This document shows, one piece after another, positions 61,586-64,000 of a stretch of 64,000 nt of DNA. This stretch comes from Daphnia carinata (Eukaryota): NCBI RefSeq assembly GCF_022539665.2, contig NC_081331.1:7998001-8062000 (forward strand). Direction: 5' to 3'. Under the pieces are notes generated by a model. The model had not been told where the DNA came from, did no database searches, and saw only the letters and a list, made by a program, of their open reading frames with translations. The translations under genes were made by a program, and so were the position numbers. Position 1 is the stretch's first letter; the number at the start of each line of letters is the position of its first letter.

Positions 61586-63600
61586 ATGGATGACAACGCT
61601 GAGTCTGGAATATTGCCAAGAACTAATGGTGATGCCCTTGTAGTAGCTTTGCAGAAGAAGGAAACCTACAACAATCTTGCTTCTCAAGGTAACAAAGCGA
61701 CAATAATCTGTCCTTTTTTTTTTTCTTTTTATAGTCATCAAACCTTTCACTTTATTTCCTATTATAGCTGAAACTCGTCTTCCTAAAATTCATCAAACGA
61801 TGGCAAAACATAATAATGAAACCACTGCTGATAGGAGCACCCTTGACCTACGGAACCTTGTCATTTCTCAGTTGGACCCGATGTTGAGCTCCGGATCGAA
61901 GAGTGACGTTTGTACATTAAAAGCGAAAGCTTGGAAAAAATTGAAACTAAAGAGTTCTGAGAGGAGGAGCGTTTTTAGTGGTTCATGCAGTAGGCAGCAG
62001 CCCCAGGTTACAGGTGGAGGCGGCAAAACAGCTAAGGTGGACACTGAAACAACTAACAGAACGTCTGATGAGCAATCACACAGGATGGAGTTGGACGTGA
62101 TTGCCTGGGAATTTAACATTAGCTTTGCAGGTGTTTGCGTGAAAGTGAAAATGGAACTACTAGACGTGAGTTACTCCCCGTATACGCATATCATGTTAAA
62201 ACCTAATTTCCATTTTTTAGGAAAAGAATATGGCGGATTTTCCAAAGCTGGAAATACCCTCGAAATTATTAGTTTCGAATAGAATCAGTGCGGCAGAAGC
62301 TTTGAATTATTTCAAAATAAGAAAGGCGGCAGAAGACGAAATTTGTTTTACCAAGCTTTTGCCTGCAACAGGCATTACTTTGGACGATTACTTAGTATTC
62401 TGTTACATGCATGAAAAGAAGGGATTTACCGTTTTAAGGACGACATATGTTCCCGGTCCAGTAAAGCTTTTCTGTTTTATTACTCTAGTCAAAGGAGACT
62501 GTTCCACAATGGAATTGGCATCACTGTCACCTCACGTGAAAAGTAACTAGCATTTTTATTCCACAATTTGTTAGTTTATTTTTGTCCTTCAGCGATGTGA
62601 TTTTTATGTTTTGCAGTATTAGTAGAAAGCCTGACCCATGATTTATTGATGGGCGTTATTGTGTTAGCAAACAGGAAACTAGACACAAATCATGTCGATG
62701 ATAAGTCTACCAATATGCTCCCAAAAAGGTTAGGAAAAGTGTCAACAAAAAATTTAATCAGTTAGCCCTGCACTCACCTTCTTTTCTATTAACAATTGCA
62801 GACCTCAGAAAATCCTGACTGTAGAAAAACCATGGACTAATCGGATTCAACAAATCTGCCCGCTACCGAATGAAATCGGATCGAAATCTGAAGCTTACCC
62901 TGTAACAGAAGAAACAAACACTGATTTATCAGGCCCTACGAAAAGCTCTGTTAAACGATCAGCATCTACAACCTTAAAACTCAGTTTACCTGCTTCATCT
63001 TCGCTTCCCAAATTACTACCATCATCTGCTTCAACCAATCCGCTAATCTCAGCAGCTTCGTCGTCTGACAGGGAAACGATCAGCAATAGTTCTACGAAAC
63101 CGGAAATCTTGTCCTCATCCACATTAGAGGGTGCTCGTAAGAGAGTCGCAATGAAATCCGAAGATGGAGGGCCAAATAAAAAACCCAGAGTAGATGACGA
63201 GATCGTGCGGTCCTTTTCGAGAATCGCTTTGGCGGATGCCTTATGGATTCCAAAAAGGTTAGGAAAAGTGTCAACAAAAAATTTAATCAGTTAGCCCTGC
63301 ACTCACCTTCTTTTCTATTAACAATTGCAGACCTCAGAAAATCCTGACTGTAGAAAAACCATGTACTAATCGGATTCAACAAATCTGCCCGCTACCGAAT
63401 GAAATCGGATCGAAACCTGAAGCTTACCCTGTACCAGAAGAAACAAACACTGATTTATCAGGCCCTACGAAAAGCTCTGTTAAACGATCAGCATCTACAA
63501 CCTTAAAACTCAGTTTACCTGCTTCATCTTCGCTTCCCAAATTACTACCATCATCTGCTTCAACCAATCCGCTAATCTCAGCAGCTTCGTCGTCTGTTCG
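61586..63600 (+). CDS. Second, divergent SPOC-domain gene (boundaries uncertain; 3' part possibly degenerate)
   Basis: WEFNISF...|IPSKLLVSNRISAAEALNYF...ICFTKL...YLVFCYM..KKG...VKLFCFITL...|DLLMGVIVL parallels the SPOC domain at 55750-56340. Confidence 0.45.
62721..63595 (+). repeat. ~529-bp-period duplication of an intron plus exon
   Basis: CCAAAAAGGTTAGGAAAAGTGTC... at 62721 and 63250, near-identical for ~345 bp. Confidence 0.9.
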
Positions 63601-63639
63601 TTGGCGTTCAACATTCGTAGGTGAAATGCTGGAATTGTC

Positions 63640-63857
63640 TTCTCGTCCGAGGAATCGTCCGAGGAATCGCCGTCGTCCGAGGAATCGCCGTCGTCCGAGG
63701 AATCGTCGTCGTCCGAGGAATCGTCGTCGTCCGAGGAATCGTCGTCGTCCGAGGAATCGCCGTCGTCCGAGGAATCGCCGTCGTCCGAGGAATCGCCGTC
63801 GTTCGAGGAATCGCCGTCGTTCGAGGAATCGTCGTCGTCCGAGGCTCGTCGTCGTCC
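63640..63857. repeat. 18-bp minisatellite (CCGAGGAATCGYCGTCGT)n
   Basis: About 11 units; inverted copy at 40907-41125 with a different unit array. Confidence 0.9.
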
Positions 63858-64000
63858 AAGGAATCGCCAGAGAACAACTAAGGAAGCGCTTTTGTACCTT
63901 TCCTTCCTTCTGGATCCTTCGTCTTCGCGCTAAAGACAGAAACACGCAATGTGTACCTGCTTGACATTTTTTAATGTTACGTTTCAAAATTCTATTCCAT

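Overview
Eukaryotic, AT-rich genomic DNA with short (~60-80 bp) GT-AG introns. Gene content and intron size suggest a branchiopod crustacean such as Daphnia (inference). The first 23 kb hold two related, nested Ty3/Gypsy-type LTR retroelements on the minus strand. The younger element E1 (5' LTR 10660-11373, running off the left edge) has inserted into the env gene of the older, decayed element E2 (11374-22905). Together they define a 'complex retrovirus'-like organisation: a very long gag with a conserved +1 overprinted ~340-aa ORF, a GGGAAAC -1 frameshift signal with hairpin/pseudoknot, PR-RT-RH-IN pol, a family of small TATA-driven accessory genes sharing an 'ILDLDPxxRHPxLxxW' motif, two antisense tRNA-like Pol III-type cassettes, and a splice-acceptor-preceded env resembling a class III (gB/rhabdovirus G-type) fusogen. 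E1 gag is split by a 3-kb CCC...GGG DNA transposon with a 2-bp TSD. E2 is cut off by a 6.6-kb whole-element palindrome (foldback-like, 22906-29510). 29.5-46.5 kb is a scrambled, inverted-duplicated region with three disrupted Tyr/Thr/Pro-rich secreted-protein genes, a CACTA-like insertion, TDRD12-like Tudor/CS fragments and a serine protease 3' fragment. It is followed by an apparently intact glycerol kinase, a large lesion-bearing chimeric gene (2OG-Fe(II)-like + Trp-repeat/CCHC + SPOC + BRK + TFIIS-M) and a second SPOC-domain gene. All domain calls come from motif recognition by eye; no searches were run.
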